Source: Alphaproteobacteria bacterium
GTDB taxonomy: Bacteria > Pseudomonadota > Alphaproteobacteria > UBA7985
Assembly (NCBI GenBank): GCA_965228345.1
Contig: CBDDHH010000004.1
Location: 74,983 to 138,982, forward strand
Length of the DNA stretch: 64,000 bases
Direction: 5' to 3'
Below, in pieces: positions 19,469 to 30,475 of the stretch. Position 1 is the first letter of the stretch, and every line of letters begins with the position of its first letter. A program made the position numbers and the translations under genes. A model generated the notes under the pieces. That model did not search any database. It saw only the letters and a program-made list of their open reading frames with translations, and was not told where the DNA came from.

Positions 19469-19497
19469 CAAAAAAAAGGGAGAGCCAAGGCTCTCCC
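19469..19497 (-). terminator. Intrinsic terminator downstream of porin gene
   Basis: On the minus strand, gggagagcc-tt-ggctctccc perfect 9-bp stem followed by T8. Confidence 0.7.
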
Positions 19498-19524
19498 CTT
19501 TCGACTAAATCAAACGAAACTCGC

Positions 19525-20571
19525 TTAGAAAGAAGCGGAAACCTTGAAGTTGATAACAGCATCTTCAGCACCGTCGTTATCAACGTATTCGATCTCCAGG
19601 GCGTCAACTGGCTTGATGTACAGCTCTGTCTCAGTTGTTCCATCGCGATCATTTGAAGATATGCCAGCGGTCATACCGCTAAGCATGGATTCCAAAGTGA
19701 CCTTAGAGAAGTCTTCTTCATTAGTCAGGGCCTCATCGGAACCTGTGGAGAAGGCATAGTCAGCGTTCCCGGCCTTGCCAGAAATCATGAACTCTTGGAC
19801 ATCGGTTCCCTCCGTACCATTGGTCGAGGTTCCCACTTTGGCCGTGAGATCGCCGAGAGTATAGGCAAGAGACAAGTCTGTACCGTCATTCTCTTCGGAG
19901 ATGAGGCTATAGCCGCTTTCAAGCGCAACTTGGATCGGTCCAAGATCCCCAGAAATGTTCACGACGTTGGGATCAACGGCATCTTCGTCTCCGCTTTCAC
20001 CATAGGACAGTGCATCAAGCTTGACTGTGAAGCCACCTGCAACGGTAGAGAGCGACAAGAGTGTCGCATCATCTCCCCAACTCACCTGACCCGTGGTATC
20101 CCCGGATGTATAGCTGTAAGCCAGATAGACGTCAGTAGAATCACGATCGTCTTCATTGTCAAGCTCTCCGTCCATCGGAACTTCACCGTCGTAGCCTGGG
20201 AACTCAACGTTCGTAACGTCATCACCAAGACTTCTTACAATCACTAAGCCGCCATCGGTAAATTCGCCAGCACCGGTGCCAATCTGAAATTTGCCGTAGG
20301 CAGTGTTTGCATAAACGTTAAAACCCAAAATGTCAGTGTCGGTCCAGTTCACGGTATCGCTTGTGTCTGTTTGGCCGAAGATCATGTGACCACCCGCACC
20401 AGCGTCGTTTTCATAAGTGGCTTTCAGGGTAAGAGTCGTAACCACCGCATCCGTCAACTCGTCAGCATCGACGGTTGTGGCTTTTGCGACAATGTTACCG
20501 CTAAGGGTCAATTCCGCCATGGCGGGCGTGGCAACAGCGAGCGTAGATGTCGCTAGAAGTAGCTTTTTCAT
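19525..20571 (-). CDS. Outer-membrane porin-like beta-barrel protein, highly acidic
   Basis: Signal peptide MKKLLLATSTLAVATPAMA, alternating amphipathic strands, C-terminal ..KVSASF (aromatic terminus). GC visibly lower than neighbours. Confidence 0.55.
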   Translation of the reverse strand: MKKLLLATSTLAVATPAMAELTLSGNIVAKATTVDADELTDAVVTTLTLKATYENDAGAGGHMIFGQTDTSDTVNWTDTDILGFNVYANTAYGKFQIGTGAGEFTDGGLVIVRSLGDDVTNVEFPGYDGEVPMDGELDNEDDRDSTDVYLAYSYTSGDTTGQVSWGDDATLLSLSTVAGGFTVKLDALSYGESGDEDAVDPNVVNISGDLGPIQVALESGYSLISEENDGTDLSLAYTLGDLTAKVGTSTNGTEGTDVQEFMISGKAGNADYAFSTGSDEALTNEEDFSKVTLESMLSGMTAGISSNDRDGTTETELYIKPVDALEIEYVDNDGAEDAVINFKVSASF

Positions 20572-20883
20572 TGTGTGTTCTCCAAGTTTCTAGAGTCTTC
20601 CGAGGAAGATGTGAGATGAGCGAGGCAGTTGCCCCCAGGTTAGGACGAGCGGAGTGCCGCAGAAACTGTGAGGCTTCCAGAGACCCTAACGACCATGGTG
20701 GCCCCTCTAGCTTAAGAGGCGGATTGTTCAAGCATGGTGGACCGGACCTCCGGGTGTAGCGCATTCAACTGTTGCAATAATGTCACAGTTGTCGTCCGAC
20801 CTGCCACACCTTCAATGCCTGATTACGGCATGGTGCGAGCCCTAACCTCTTGAAACCGCTGCGAAAAACCGCATGAAGCCCCA

Positions 20884-21537
20884 ATGGACAACGCATTTAG
20901 CCTCATTGGTACCCGCCTGTCAGCCGCCCTAGATCGGGCCGATCGTAGGCCCGATTCCTGCCGTCTCATCGCCGTCACCAAAACCCGCGGTGGCCAAATT
21001 GTCACAGAAGCGCGCCGTCACGGGATTTGCCACTTCGGCGAAAACAAGGTCCAAGAAGCTCAGGAAAAATTCCCGCCCTCAAAGGACAGGGCTGCCTGTG
21101 AGGCGCTTCATCTAATCGGGCCCCTGCAATCCAATAAGGTACGACAGGCAGTTCGGCACTTTGATGCTATACATACGGTCGATCGCCCCAAATTGATCAC
21201 GCGTCTGGTTCAAGTACGCGCCGAGGAAGGGCGCTGCCCCGCCCTTTTCATCCAGGTCAATACAGGCGAGGAACCTCAGAAAGCGGGCGTCTTGCCCGTC
21301 GATCTCGATACTTTGGTCGCCCTAGCGCGCGCAGCCAAGTTGCCGCTGGTCGGTCTCATGTGCATTCCCCCCGCCGATCAAGCGCCAGCGCCCCACTTTG
21401 CCTGGTTGGCCCTCCGCGCCCAGCAACTCGGACTGCATGAACTTTCCATGGGAATGAGTGGCGATTTTGAAGCCGCCGTAGAATTGGGTGCAACCTACGT
21501 TCGGGTCGGTTCAGCCCTGTTCGGCGCGCGCCTTTGA
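20884..21537 (+). CDS. yggS: YggS family pyridoxal-phosphate homeostasis protein
   Basis: ..RLIAVTKTRG.. PLP-lysine motif in an alanine-racemase N-terminal-like fold. 217 aa. Confidence 0.8.
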   Translation: MDNAFSLIGTRLSAALDRADRRPDSCRLIAVTKTRGGQIVTEARRHGICHFGENKVQEAQEKFPPSKDRAACEALHLIGPLQSNKVRQAVRHFDAIHTVDRPKLITRLVQVRAEEGRCPALFIQVNTGEEPQKAGVLPVDLDTLVALARAAKLPLVGLMCIPPADQAPAPHFAWLALRAQQLGLHELSMGMSGDFEAAVELGATYVRVGSALFGARL

Positions 21538-21557
21538 TACCAGGGGAAGACCCATAT

Positions 21558-21733
21558 GATACCAGCGATCATAAGAGTCATTTATAATTGCCGCTGGTAT
21601 TTGCTGTTCTCGGGGCCGCTTGTTTTTGGCGCGGGCGTTCCCTGCGCCCTTCGGGCTTGGAGCCCGCCACGGGGGCCGCAGTCGCGGCCCTATACCAGTT
21701 CATAAGGAGTCTGTTTTTGGGAGAACTGGTATT
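21558..21733. repeat. Modular hairpin repeat copy lacking central core
   Basis: gataccagcgatcataagagtcatttataattgccgctggtat, then ggcgcgggcgttccctgcgcccttcgggcttggagccc, gggggccgcagtcgcggccc and tataccagttcataaggagtctgtttttgggagaactggtat. Confidence 0.85.
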
Positions 21734-21849
21734 ATCCCCGAAGCCTGGAGAGTATAGAACTTTCCAGCAAGGCCGCGACGAGTCAAACCTTTGCGGAGGT
21801 CATGTTAAATCCCCTTCCCCCGTTTTGGCCTCGGTTCTATAGGGCGGCC

Positions 21850-22494
21850 ATGACATCCAGCCCCTTTAACGGCCATCTGCATCTGGTCTGCCACCCCTTT
21901 GTCGCTGATCGTCTAACGCACATGCGTCAGATCGACACCCCGAGCGCGCTGTTCCGCCAGCACTTACAACACATCTCAACCTTGTTGGCTTATGAAGCTT
22001 TGGCGGATACGCCCCTGGAGGCGCGCGTCGTCGAAACCCCCCTGCAGTTGTCGAAGCAACCATGCCTTCCCGATTTGAAGCCTGCGTTGGTTTCGGTTCT
22101 ACGCGCGGGCAACGCTATGGTTGATGGCGCACTGGTGCTTTCGCCCCACTCCCCCGTCGGTATGATCGGGCTGCAGCGTGATGAAGAAACCTTGGCTCCT
22201 AAGGATTACTTTCTACGATTGCCCGGTCAGCTGGGTGCCCGTTTGGTCCTAGTCTGCGACCCTATGGTGGCCACCGGTGGGTCGCTGGTCCGCGCGCTTG
22301 ATTTGACCAAGCACGCGGGTGCGACTCAGGTTCGGGTCCTGTGCCTGCTCGCCGCGCCTGAGGGGGTCGAGCGGGTGTTGACGGCGCACCCAGATGTGCA
22401 TCTTTGGGCGGCGGCTTTGGACGATCATCTGAATGAGAAGGGTTACATAGTGCCAGGCTTGGGCGATGCGGGTGACCGCATTTACGCCGCCTGA
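21850..22494 (+). CDS. upp: Uracil phosphoribosyltransferase
   Basis: ..LVLVCDPMVATGGS.. PRPP-binding motif, UPRTase length. Start set at MTSSPF. Confidence 0.85.
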   Translation: MTSSPFNGHLHLVCHPFVADRLTHMRQIDTPSALFRQHLQHISTLLAYEALADTPLEARVVETPLQLSKQPCLPDLKPALVSVLRAGNAMVDGALVLSPHSPVGMIGLQRDEETLAPKDYFLRLPGQLGARLVLVCDPMVATGGSLVRALDLTKHAGATQVRVLCLLAAPEGVERVLTAHPDVHLWAAALDDHLNEKGYIVPGLGDAGDRIYAA

Positions 22495-22497
22495 GCC

Positions 22498-23385
22498 ATG
22501 GTCAAACCCCCCACCACCGCCGCGATTCTCCACGCCCAACGCGGGCAAGATGCTAGCCTGATCTATCGGCGGGTCACCCCCATAGAACCTGCGATGACGG
22601 GGCGTTTTGCCGATTTCGTTGCGGGCGCGTTTTTGCGCAATCTTGTCATCGCCATCATCATTTTTTCGGCCATCTTGATGGGTGTTGAAACCATGGCCTG
22701 GGCCAAGACAGGCCTGGCATCGCGTATTGTACAAAGGCTCGACACCGCCGTCACCGTCGCCTTTGTTTTGGAATTGGTTGCCAAGCTAGTGGTGTTTCGC
22801 TGGCGATTCTTCCGCGACGGCTGGAACGTTTTTGATTTGCTGATTGTGATCATTTCCCTCATGCCCGCGACCCAAGGCCTAAGGGTGATCCGTACTCTGC
22901 GGGTCTTGCGGGTCCTGCGGTTGCTTTCTGCTGTGCCGTCGATGCGACAAGTCATATCGGGCTTGTTGCGCGCCATTCCTGGCATGCTGTCGGCCACGGC
23001 CCTGTTGCTGATCGTCATTTATGTCTTTGCCATCTTAAGCACCCAGTTGTTTGGTAGCCAATGCTACCAAGGATATTTGGACGACTGCACCTATTTTTTC
23101 GGGACCCTTTACGACTCGCTGTTTACGCTGTTTCAAATCATGACGCTGGAATCTTGGTCCCACGGCATTGTGCGCCCCATTGCCGATGCCTATCCATGGG
23201 CGCGGGGATTTTTTGTCCTTTATGTCGTCATCACCGCTTTTGCGGCGCTCAACTTGTTCATTGGGGTTGTGGTGAATGCTATGGACGGAGCGCATAAGGA
23301 CGAGGCGGAGGCCGATCAACCAACCTTAGCCGACCTGCAAGCGCAAATCGGTGAACTCAAGGCGCTAATTCAGACTCAGAAGTAA
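22498..23385 (+). CDS. Voltage-gated sodium channel, NaChBac/BacNav family (single 6-TM domain)
   Basis: S4 with Arg every third residue (IRTLRVLRVLRLLS). Selectivity filter FQIMTLESWSHG matches the BacNav TLESW signature. C-terminal coiled coil. Confidence 0.8.
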   Translation: MVKPPTTAAILHAQRGQDASLIYRRVTPIEPAMTGRFADFVAGAFLRNLVIAIIIFSAILMGVETMAWAKTGLASRIVQRLDTAVTVAFVLELVAKLVVFRWRFFRDGWNVFDLLIVIISLMPATQGLRVIRTLRVLRVLRLLSAVPSMRQVISGLLRAIPGMLSATALLLIVIYVFAILSTQLFGSQCYQGYLDDCTYFFGTLYDSLFTLFQIMTLESWSHGIVRPIADAYPWARGFFVLYVVITAFAALNLFIGVVVNAMDGAHKDEAEADQPTLADLQAQIGELKALIQTQK

Positions 23386-23401
23386 GCGTACCAAGTGCTC
23401 T

Positions 23402-23448
23402 AATACCAACTCCGCTGAAAATGTCAATTTTTAGCGGAGTTGGTATTA
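23402..23448. repeat. Solo palindromic unit (TATACCAACTCCGCTGAAAATGTCAATTTTTAGCGGAGTTGGTATTA)
   Basis: Perfect palindrome between convergent channel and GST genes. Confidence 0.85.
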
Positions 23449-24053
23449 GAGCGAGGGATGGGCCGAGATTTGGGTGTAGAGGTTTTGTGTTTGAAACCGC
23501 TGGACCCAGGCTTGCACACCTGGGTAGGTCGTGAGATCAAGGCCTGCGTCGCCCGCTAGGGCCGTGTAGGGGTAGAGGCTGATATCGGCGATGGTGGGGC
23601 GGTCGGTTGCGAGCCAGGGGGTGTGGCCGAGTTGCATGTTGAGCAGGCGCAGAGCATCGTGGGACTTGTCGAGCAGGGCCTGAAAGTCCTGCGGGCGGCT
23701 TTGATCCCAACCGCGATAGAGTTTCCACGAGCGCGCTACGGCCAGCGCGGGTTCGTGGCTGTACTGTTCCCAGAACAACCAGGACAGCACGCGCGATTGC
23801 GCGCTGAGATCTTGGGGCCACCAATCGGTGCCTTGGGCCAAGCGCCAAAGGATCGCGTTGGATTCGATCAAAGTTTCGCCCGAAGTCAAGACCAGGCAAG
23901 GAATTTTGCCAGCGGGGTTGATCCGTTGGTACCAGGGTGCCCGCGTTTCGCCGCGGATCGTATCGATTGATTGATAGGCATAGTCGATCTCCAAGAACGA
24001 CAGCATCAATCGCACTTTCCAGCAGTTGCCCGAGGTGGCTTGTCCGTAGAGTT

Positions 24054-24057
<4 letters not shown>
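23446..24057 (-). CDS. Glutathione S-transferase
   Basis: MKLYGQATSGNCWKVRLML..IPCLVLTSGETLIESNAILWRL thioredoxin-like GST N-domain. Confidence 0.8.
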
Positions 24058-25925
<1,868 letters not shown>

Positions 25926-25944
25926 AGCGCTGGCCTGATTTGTC

Positions 25945-26108
25945 TAATACCAACGGTCATAAAAAGTGACTTTTTATGACCGTTTCGTGTCTCCCGGCAG
26001 AAACGCGTTGCGTTTCGCCTCCGACGGGGCCTTCGCTTATACCCCGAGGCGCTTTCGCGCCGATCTCGGGGCCGCTACGAGGGCCGCAATCGCGGCCCTT
26101 ATGCCAGC
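25945..26108 (+). repeat. Modular hairpin repeat copy (minimal form)
   Basis: taataccaacggtcataaaaagtgactttttatgaccgtt, tgtctcccggcagaaacgcgttgcgtttcgcc, ccccgaggcgc..atctcgggg, gagggccgcaatcgcggccc. Confidence 0.85.
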
Positions 26109-26174
26109 AGACATGGAAGGCATTTTTCATCGCTGCTAGCATCATGGCGTTTTGGTTGCTGCGCCTTTCGACCC

Positions 26175-27365
26175 TCAAGATTCGAGCAGCGGTTGGACGC
26201 CGGGAAGGGCGCGGCCCTCCATCCACTCCAGAAATGCGCCGCCCGCGGTGGAAAAATAGCTGAGATCGGCCAGCACACCTGCACCGTCGAGCGCGGCCAA
26301 GGTATCGCCGCCGCCAGCGATTGAGCGCAGCGCGCCGGATCGGGTTTGGGTGGCGACCTGTTGGGCCACGCCTTGCGTGGCGGCCGCAAAGGGGGGAAAT
26401 TCGAAGGCCCCGAGCGGCCCGTTCCAGATCAAGGTTTTGACTTTAGGCAGCAACTGGCAAATCATGGCCGCCGACTTCGGCCCGAAATCGAGGATCATCT
26501 GATCCTCTGGCAAGTCCGCCAAAGCGCTCGACTGCGCAGCTTCGCCGCGATTGGGGGCCGGGGCGTAACAAATATCGGTGGGCAAAATGACCTCGCACCC
26601 AAGGCCCGAAGCGCGGTCCAGCAACGCCAAAGCTTCGCGCGCCAAGGTCGGTTCGCACAACGACGCCCCAACCCCGTGCCCTTGGGCATGAAGGAAGGTA
26701 TTGGCCATGCCCCCACCAATGACGAGGATGTCAGCCTTGGTCACCAGATTGGTCAGCAGATCGAATTTGGTCGAGACCTTGGCGCCGCCAACGATAGCCA
26801 TCAAGGGACGGTCGGGCATGGCAAGGGCCATGTCGAGGGCGCGCAGTTCCTCGACCATCAAATCCCCCGCATAGGCGGGCAAGAGACTGGCGACGGCGGC
26901 GGTCGAGGCGTGCGCGCGGTGGGCCGCCGAAAAAGCGTCGTTGACGTAGAGATCCCCCAGGGCCGCCAGGTCCCGGGCGAAGGTGGTCTCATTGGCTTCC
27001 TCGGCCACCTCAAATCGCAAGTTTTCCAGCACCAGGATCTGGCCCGCCTCCAGGGCCCTTGCCGCCGCCAGGGCCGCCGTGCCCCGCACATCGGGGACGA
27101 ATTGAACCGGCATGTCCAAAACGGTGCTTAAGGCGCTGGCAACGGGCGCGAGGCTCAGCTCGGGAACGCATGTTCCTGCCGGTCGGCCAAAATGCGAGAT
27201 CAGAACGATCCGCGCACCGCGCGCAACTAGGCGTTTGAGCCCCGGGGCCAAGCGGTGCAAGCGCGCCCTACTGGTAACTTGGCCGTCGGCCAAGGGCACA
27301 TTCAAATCGGCCCGCACCAAGAGGGTGCGATCCCGGACTTCAACATCGGAAATGGAGCGAATCAT
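26175..27365 (-). CDS. pgk: Phosphoglycerate kinase
   Basis: 396-aa canonical PGK (..RADLNVP.., ..GGGASLEL..-like C-terminus FLEWMEGRALPG). Confidence 0.95.
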   Translation of the reverse strand: MIRSISDVEVRDRTLLVRADLNVPLADGQVTSRARLHRLAPGLKRLVARGARIVLISHFGRPAGTCVPELSLAPVASALSTVLDMPVQFVPDVRGTAALAAARALEAGQILVLENLRFEVAEEANETTFARDLAALGDLYVNDAFSAAHRAHASTAAVASLLPAYAGDLMVEELRALDMALAMPDRPLMAIVGGAKVSTKFDLLTNLVTKADILVIGGGMANTFLHAQGHGVGASLCEPTLAREALALLDRASGLGCEVILPTDICYAPAPNRGEAAQSSALADLPEDQMILDFGPKSAAMICQLLPKVKTLIWNGPLGAFEFPPFAAATQGVAQQVATQTRSGALRSIAGGGDTLAALDGAGVLADLSYFSTAGGAFLEWMEGRALPGVQPLLES

Positions 27366-27396
27366 GGAAACCTTGGGTTTATTTTGAGGAACTTCT

Positions 27397-27490
27397 TATA
27401 CCAATGCTCATAAAAAGTGACCTTTTTATGACCGTTTCGTATCTTATACCAACTCCGCTAAAAATTGACATTTTCAGCGGAGTTGGTATT
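27397..27490. repeat. Two adjacent palindromic units (type 2 + type 3)
   Basis: tataccaatgctcataaaaagtgacctttttatgaccgtttcgtatc followed by ttataccaactccgctaaaaattgacattttcagcggagttggtatt. Confidence 0.85.
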
Positions 27491-28271
27491 AAAGCGTTCG
27501 CCGCCGCCAACTGAGGCGCAGCAACTGCAGCGGCAGGGGGCGGACATAGGCCGGATGGCCAAGGGGCAGGCGCGCAAGGGCACGCAACCAGCGGCGCACC
27601 AGGTGCGCCGGGGCGCCGAGGGCGAACAGGGCCCCACTCGGCGGGATTTGGGATGCGAGCTCCCGCGCCCGATCGAGGTGCATCTGGGCTTGCGCCGCCA
27701 AGTCCATCACCGCAGCGGCGGGGTCGTCGTGCCAGGTCTTGAGCCCGCGCAGGGTCTGCGCTTGCCCCCCCCTTGCCAGGGTGCGGGCTAGGCCGACGAA
27801 CCCAAAGGCGCAGCCCAGGTGATTGGCGAAGCCTTCATGCCCCGTGAGGCCCAGAGCCCGGCCCTGGGCCACCAGCACGCTGCCGCTGGTCTGCGCCAGG
27901 TAGGCGCGCAGGTCTTCCAGCGTTGCGAACGGGCCCTCGATCAAGTCCGCCTCGCGGCCGTCGATCATGCGGTTCAAGGCCGGCAGGTCGAGCGCGTCGG
28001 CACTGGCCGCCAAGTCGGCCAAGGCCTTTACAACTTGATGACCCTGCGCTGGTTTGCCGCTCTCCAGCATCGCCACCACCTCGCGCCACCACTGCAAGCG
28101 GATGCGGCCGAGATCGGCGTTCGTAACGCGCTGGGTAGTGCGCGCCAGCTCGAGATTGAAGGCCGCCAAGGCCAGGAGATGGGGTTGCGCCGATGCAGGG
28201 GCGCAGAGGGCCAGGTGGAAGCGGTCGGGATCTTGAGCGCGTACCTGCGCCGTGCAGTAATCAAGATTCAT
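27489..28271 (-). CDS. Squalene/phytoene synthase family protein (short, NDUFAF6-like)
   Basis: 260-aa all-helical protein with isoprenoid-synthase-like D-rich segment (MIDGREADL) and overall similarity to the phytoene/squalene synthase fold. Confidence 0.5.
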   Translation of the reverse strand: MNLDYCTAQVRAQDPDRFHLALCAPASAQPHLLALAAFNLELARTTQRVTNADLGRIRLQWWREVVAMLESGKPAQGHQVVKALADLAASADALDLPALNRMIDGREADLIEGPFATLEDLRAYLAQTSGSVLVAQGRALGLTGHEGFANHLGCAFGFVGLARTLARGGQAQTLRGLKTWHDDPAAAVMDLAAQAQMHLDRARELASQIPPSGALFALGAPAHLVRRWLRALARLPLGHPAYVRPLPLQLLRLSWRRRTL

Positions 28272-28447
28272 CCCGTCTTATTCGCGGTTGATCGGATGAT
28301 TTGTATGGCGTGACGCGGGAAAGGCTTTAGAATCAAGGTTCTAGAACAAGAAACGACAGCTAGGACCGAGCCACGCCAAGGGTGAAACACGATCTCTATT
28401 CACGACATCATTCAACCAGAATCTTTCCGTGGAGAGCCGGACCGAGC

Positions 28448-28495
28448 ATCTTATACCAGTTCATAAATAGTCTGTTTTTAGGTAACTTGGTTTTA
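28448..28495. repeat. Degenerate solo unit (tataccagttcataaatagtctgtttttaggtaacttggtttta)
   Basis: Matches right-unit type with decayed second arm. Confidence 0.6.
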
Positions 28496-28677
28496 GGCCC
28501 AAGCGCCAGCTAGAACAAGATCAAAATCGGCATTTCGCGGCATCATCATCATTTCCAGGTTGCCATGAACCTCTGCCCTAAAGCTATAGATGAAGACTTT
28601 TGGATGGCTTCCTCGCCCAGCAATGGCACAGAACATAGGGATTTTGACCCTGTTTAGGAGATCGTGTGTTACTGTCT

Positions 28678-28965
28678 AATACCAACGGCGAAAAAAGCTG
28701 ACACTTTTTTATGTCTCACGGCAGAAACGCTTCGCGTTTCGCCTGTTTGATGCGGTCTCTACTCGCTCGCTACGCTCGCTCAGCCCGACCGCGCGACAGG
28801 GCCTTCGCTGATACCCCGAGGCGCTTTCTTAGCTCATCTCGGGGCCGTTTGTTTTTGGCGCGGGCGTTCCCTGCGCCCTTTGGGCTTGGAGCCCGCTGCG
28901 GGGGCCGCAGTCGCGGCCCTTGATACCAGCGATCATAAGAGTCATTTATAATTGCCGCTGGTATA
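28678..28965 (+). repeat. Archetypal full-length modular hairpin repeat (all modules, single copy each)
   Basis: Order: unit1, core hairpin (gaaacgc-ttc-gcgtttc), GCGGTCTC..CCCGACCG module, CCCCGAG hairpin, 48-bp GGCGCGGGCGTTCCCTGCGCCC/GGCTTGGAGCCC module, GGCCGCAGTCGCGGCC hairpin, unit2. Confidence 0.9.
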
Positions 28966-29084
28966 ACAAACTCATCGTCTATTGTGCGAGATCTTTGGCT
29001 ATGTGTTGTCGCCGAGGGTTCTAAACTTGGCCCTACTTGGAATCCGCTATAGGCGATGCAAAGCCTGTGGCCTATAGACAGGTC

Positions 29085-30473
29085 ATGCGCGCCACCAAGA
29101 TTATTGCCACCCTAGGCCCGGAAACGGCACATCCGGAGGCCATAGCAGGCCTGGTCGCTGCCGGCGTCAACGCATTTCGCCTGAACTTATCCTACGATGA
29201 GCCTTCGCATCACGCGGCCTTGGTGGACGCTGTTCGCGCGGTAGAGCAAGAAGTAGGTCGTCCTATAGCCTTGATCGCGGATGTATCGGGGCCGCGCTTT
29301 CGTATCGGCCCTTTCGCCCATGGATCACTCGCGTTGGAAACAGGTCAGTCACTGATTTTAGACCAAGACGAGACGCCAGGAGGTCGTGATCGTGTCCACC
29401 TGCCGGTCCCCGCCGCCTTTACCAGTAGCCGCATTGGTGATCTCCTGCGCTTGGACGACGGCCGGGTGGCGCTGCGGGTGCTCAAGGTCAGCCCAGTTGC
29501 CCTCCATACGGTCGTGGTTTCAGGGACGGAGCTTTCTGGAAACAAGATCATTTCCCTTCCCAACGTGCCGCTTCAGCATACAAAGCTCAGCACCTCCGAT
29601 TGCGATCAGATTGATTGGGCGCGGCAAGCAGGTATCGACTGGCTCGGCGTTTCTTGGCCCCATGAGGCCCGAACGTGGCAGGCGTTGCGGGCGCGTGCTG
29701 GGTCCATGAAGTTACTTGCGAAGATCGAAAGCCGCGCGTGCCTCGCGGCGGCAACAGCGTTGATCGACGGTGCCGACGGCCTATTGGTGGCGCGCGGGGA
29801 TTTGGGTTATGACTTGCCTGCGGAGGAAATCCCAGAATGGCAGAAACGCTTGGTTCGCGACGCGCGTGCGGCGGGGAAACCCGTGGTCATTGCCGCCCAA
29901 ATGCTGGAATCTATGGTCTCCAGTCCCGCCCCGACCCGCGCCGAAGCATCGGACGTGGCCAACGCGGTCAAGGATGGCGCGGACGCCCTTATGCTTTCAG
30001 CCGAGACCGCTATTGGTGCCTATCCGCGCGAGGCGGTCAGTCTGATGGCGTCGGTTATCGACCAGACCGAGGTCCAGGAGTCCGGGCCTCTCCAGCCCAT
30101 GGGCACGGCCCCCACGATCACCCAGACGATCGCCTATTCCGCCGCCCAAGCGGCGGATGCCCTGGGCGCACCGGTCATCTTTTGCTTTACGACCAGTGGT
30201 TCGACCGCCACTGCCGTGGCGCGGACGCGGCCCAAGACCGCTATTGTCTGCGCCTCCGACCGGCCCCAAACTCTGCGGCAAATGCAAATTTCCTGGGGCC
30301 TTGATTGCGTGGCGGCCCCGGCCCTAAAGTCATGGAAGGACGTGGTCGACACGGCGGTCAAGCTGGCCAAAGACCGGCAAATCCCCGCGGGTGCCCCCCT
30401 GGTCATCACCGCGGGCATGCCGTTTGGACGGTCGGGGTCCACCAACATCTTAAGGATCGCAACTGCGGAGTAA
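29085..30473 (+). CDS. pyk: Pyruvate kinase
   Basis: MRATKIIATLGPE.. canonical PK N-terminus, 462 aa from this start. Confidence 0.9.
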   Translation: MRATKIIATLGPETAHPEAIAGLVAAGVNAFRLNLSYDEPSHHAALVDAVRAVEQEVGRPIALIADVSGPRFRIGPFAHGSLALETGQSLILDQDETPGGRDRVHLPVPAAFTSSRIGDLLRLDDGRVALRVLKVSPVALHTVVVSGTELSGNKIISLPNVPLQHTKLSTSDCDQIDWARQAGIDWLGVSWPHEARTWQALRARAGSMKLLAKIESRACLAAATALIDGADGLLVARGDLGYDLPAEEIPEWQKRLVRDARAAGKPVVIAAQMLESMVSSPAPTRAEASDVANAVKDGADALMLSAETAIGAYPREAVSLMASVIDQTEVQESGPLQPMGTAPTITQTIAYSAAQAADALGAPVIFCFTTSGSTATAVARTRPKTAIVCASDRPQTLRQMQISWGLDCVAAPALKSWKDVVDTAVKLAKDRQIPAGAPLVITAGMPFGRSGSTNILRIATAE

Positions 30474-30475
30474 CC

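Noticed and set aside
28330-28530. Duplicate 11-mer ctagaacaaga flanking the solo unit at 28448-28495, considered as a target-site duplication
   Set aside because: Only 11 bp with different contexts, and other copies show no comparable flanking duplications. Likely chance.
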